Assembly (NCBI GenBank): GCA_038087875.1
Contig: JAXLNO010001025.1
Span: 124,001-188,000, forward strand
Length of the DNA stretch: 64,000 nucleotides
Reading direction: 5' to 3'
From: Malacoraja senta
Lineage: Eukaryota
Both the position numbers and the translations under genes were made by a program. Below the pieces are notes generated by a model. It had not been told where the DNA came from. It worked only from the letters and a program-made list of their open reading frames with translations, and searched no databases. Of the stretch, positions 61,606 through 64,000 are shown one piece after another (the stretch's first letter is position 1; every line of letters begins with the position of its first letter).

Positions 61606-61675
61606 CTGAAGTCACTGTCAGCGAGGTTCCTGCACACCAGTAGTCATGATTGTCGCCAGTAACCGCCCGTGTAGT
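61606..61675 (-). CDS. IgW: Germline-joined D-(D)-JH segment (TTRAVTGDNHDYWCAGTSLTVTS)
   Basis: 70 nt between the 12-RSS heptamer and donor TCAG|GTAAG; J-like DYW-x-x-GT-x-LTVTS end; no J-proximal RSS; open in the J frame. Confidence 0.85.
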
Positions 61676-61703
61676 CACTGTGATTCACCGCCGTACAATA
61701 ACC
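61676..61703 (-). promoter_or_regulatory. 5' 12-RSS in front of the joined D-J segment
   Basis: GGTTATTGT + 12-nt spacer ACGGCGGTGAAT + CACAGTG. Confidence 0.88.
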
Positions 61704-61911
61704 CCCATCCACTCTCACTGTCTCCGAGCCCAGTCACTCCGCACGTCCGACTGTCAACTTGAAGAACAAGATCTCTCTCTGTTCATCGATGTTCTTTCTC
61801 GCCCAACCATTGACCGTGTCTCAGAGACGGACACTGGGCCTGATCGACCCGTGACTCCAGTTCCACCCACGGCGCTTGGCTCCTTGCTGAGGGCAGGCTC
61901 TCTCTCCCCTG

Positions 61912-61950
61912 GGTTGTTGTACCGGCCCGGCCCCGCTTCCTCTCACTGTG
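61912..61950 (-). promoter_or_regulatory. V 3' recombination signal sequence (23-RSS)
   Basis: CACAGTG + 23-nt spacer + ACAACAACC directly after the V coding end. Confidence 0.93.
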
Positions 61951-62245
61951 GTTTTCGCACAGTAATAGGTGGCCGTGTCGTCCAGTGTCAGGCGGTTCAT
62001 TTGGAGATAGACTTTGCTGCTGTCCGCGGAAACCTCGAATCGGCCGCTGAAGGCAGGCGCGTAATATATGAGACTATCCGACCCTAACCCCACCCACTCC
62101 AGCCCTTTCCCCGAGACCTGTTTCACCCAGCTCACTCCGTAGTGGCGGAGGCTGAACCCGCTGATTACACAGGTCAGTTTGTGGGACTCTCCGGACTTTG
62201 CCACCGCGGTCGGGGTCTGATTCAGCACGACCGCGGATCGAACGC
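61951..62245 (-). CDS. IgW: IgW VH exon
   Basis: Acceptor ttttattggcag|GC; translates GVRSAVVLNQTP...LTCVISGFSLRHYGVSWVKQVSGKGLEWV...DDTATYYCAK with the conserved C, W and YYC; open frame. Confidence 0.96.
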
Positions 62246-62359
62246 CTGCCAATAAAAGAGAAACAAAGTTGAATAAACAGTTGAAGAGGCAGAGGGTGAA
62301 AGAGTGTCCGAGAAGCAGCCCGGCCCCGAGTGGGGGTGACGCCGCGGGGGGACACCCAC

Positions 62360-62405
62360 CTGGCAGACAGGACAGAAGGAGACAGAGATAAGCAGCGACC
62401 CCCAT
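62360..62405 (-). CDS. IgW: IgW heavy chain leader exon (MGVAAYLCLLLSCLP-G)
   Basis: ATG at 62405, hydrophobic signal peptide, phase-1 donor CCAG|GTGGGT, 114-nt intron to the V exon. Confidence 0.92.
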
Positions 62406-62495
62406 CACTCTGAGCACTGACACACACACTTGGACACTCGAGGAATGGGCGGCTTCAGCTCAGGCCGGCTTTGTCGGGAGCAGCAGTCAGCGCTG

Positions 62496-62503
62496 TTTAA
62501 ATA
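62496..62503 (-). promoter_or_regulatory. TATA-like box of the VH promoter
   Basis: TATTTAAA on the minus strand about 90 nt upstream of the leader ATG; no octamer seen nearby. Confidence 0.6.
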
Positions 62504-62774
62504 GGCAAGTGAGCTGTGACTGTGAGGGAGGGAGCCGCGGCTTGAACCGGTTCCCCACCCACTGAAACCAGAGGCGCGGCTTCCTGTCCCTGCTCCCAGC
62601 ACCCAGTTCAATTCCCCAAAAGATGTTTGTCTCCACAACAGGCGGCGGGTGGAGGGGCAATGATGAGATCCGGATTAAAGATTGATCCCACTCTGCTCCA
62701 TCCACTCATTACAATGCTGAACACTTTGTGGAGCAAGAGGACACTCAGATACCCCAGTGAGGGGCTGAGTTAAA

Positions 62775-63070
62775 AGTCGGTGTACAGATATCCCCCTGAG
62801 AGAGAGGGACACCTGTCAATGTAGATATCCCCTTGGGAGAGAGGGGCTAAGGTTCACCGGTCAGTGTACAGATATCCCCCTGAGAGAGACCAGTCAGTGT
62901 ACAGATATCCCCTTGGGAGAGAGGGGCTAAGGTTCACCGGTCAGTGTACAGATATCCCCCTGAGAGAGAGGACTGAGAGACACCGGTCAGTGTCCAGATA
63001 TCCTGGTGAGAGAGAGGGACGGAGAGACACCAATTAGTGCAGATATCCATATCAATGAGAGGACTGAGAG
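62775..63070. repeat. Degenerate tandem repeat (GTCAGTGTACAGATATCCCC...GAGAGAG) upstream of the VH promoter
   Basis: About 7 imperfect units of 30-48 nt. Confidence 0.75.
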
Positions 63071-64000
63071 AGTTTGAGTTGAGTTAATTGTCACATGTAC
63101 CGAGGTACAGTGAAAAGCTTTAGTTGTGTGTTAACCAGACAACAGACGGACAATACATGATTACAATCGAGCACAGTGAACAGAAACATGACGAAGGGAA
63201 TAACATGAATAAAGGTCAGTGCAAGATAAAACCAGTAAATTCCGATGAAAGATAGTCCGAGGGTCTCCAATGAGGTAGATAGAGCACAGAAGTCAAGCTA
63301 CAACAGCCAGTCGTGATGCTATGAATGAAGTCCATCTACTCCTATATCGGCGACAATCTACGACAATGTATGACCATACCGACGACAAGCTACGACCATA
63401 CCGGCAACATGCTATGACAGCTGGCGACCATCGGCAACAGTTGACCCGACTAGCTACACCAGGCTACGACAGTGGCTCCTCTGTGGGTCTCCTTTTTCTC
63501 CAGGAGAGGGCCCACCCAGTGTCTTCATCTCCTGAAACAGCTCAGGGGGAAGCCTGGTGAAGTTTCTGAAGGCAGCCTCATCTTCTTGCTGGAGCTCAGT
63601 CATCAGGTTGTCATACTAGCCCAACCTGGGTCTCTACAGGGACAAGGGCTTCAACCACACACACCACTTCTTGGGCTTCCTCTTCCCCATTCTTCTTGTC
63701 CTTCTGTCTTGCTGATCTTTAAGCATGAGGGCTGCTGCAAGCAGCAGGGCTTCTTCTAATGAGAGCAATGCCCTCAGATGTTGGAAACAATACATCCACT
63801 TTTATAACTGGGTGATTCCATTGTTTTGGAGGCCAAAATGACATGAATTGTCTTCAGTTGTCTCCGACAGTCGTAACTTGCTGTGGCTTGTCGCGGGTGG
63901 ACGTAGGTTGACTTCGGTTGTCTCCTGTGTAGTCGTAGATTGTCGTATGTGTCGTCGTAGGTTGTCGTAGGTGGACGTCCCAAGTCGTGACGCTTGGGTC

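Noticed and set aside
61821-62429. 202-aa single ORF as an intronless gene
   Set aside because: It is leader + in-frame intron + V + RSS read-through; canonical splice sites define the real exons
62406-63000. Octamer-type Ig promoter element
   Set aside because: No ATGCAAAT/ATTTGCAT found; only a TATA-like box is supported
1-64000. CRISPR arrays, rRNA or genuine tRNA genes
   Set aside because: None seen; tRNA-like boxes occur only as SINE heads

Overview
Eukaryotic DNA from a cartilaginous fish (skate/ray-like, judged from the IgW secretory tail and repeat families). It holds one essentially complete immunoglobulin heavy-chain minilocus of the IgW (IgX/IgD-lineage) class on the minus strand, embedded in CR1, L2, Rex1/Babar, L1, Penelope, SINE, DIRS and TIR-element debris. 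Order 5'->3' (high to low coordinates): TATA, leader, VH, 23-RSS, 12-RSS, an already joined D-(D)-J, a J-C intron with a switch-like WGCW/GGGGT minisatellite, C1, C2, short secretory exon (sec1), [C3a-C4a-sec2a], [C3b-C4b-sec2b], C5, C6+tailpiece+polyA, then a second diverged pair C3'-C4', a decayed C5-like relic, TM1, and two tandem copies of TM2+polyA. Main oddities: 10 open C-domain exons; a C3'/C4' cassette downstream of the long secretory polyA that only membrane-type transcripts can reach; a partially germline-joined V/DDJ with a W-C-A-G J motif; a hidden second secretory exon with an early TGA; and a structurally complete DIRS element whose empty site survives in the paralogous duplicate. 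Exon boundaries and alignments were read by eye; no database searches were run.
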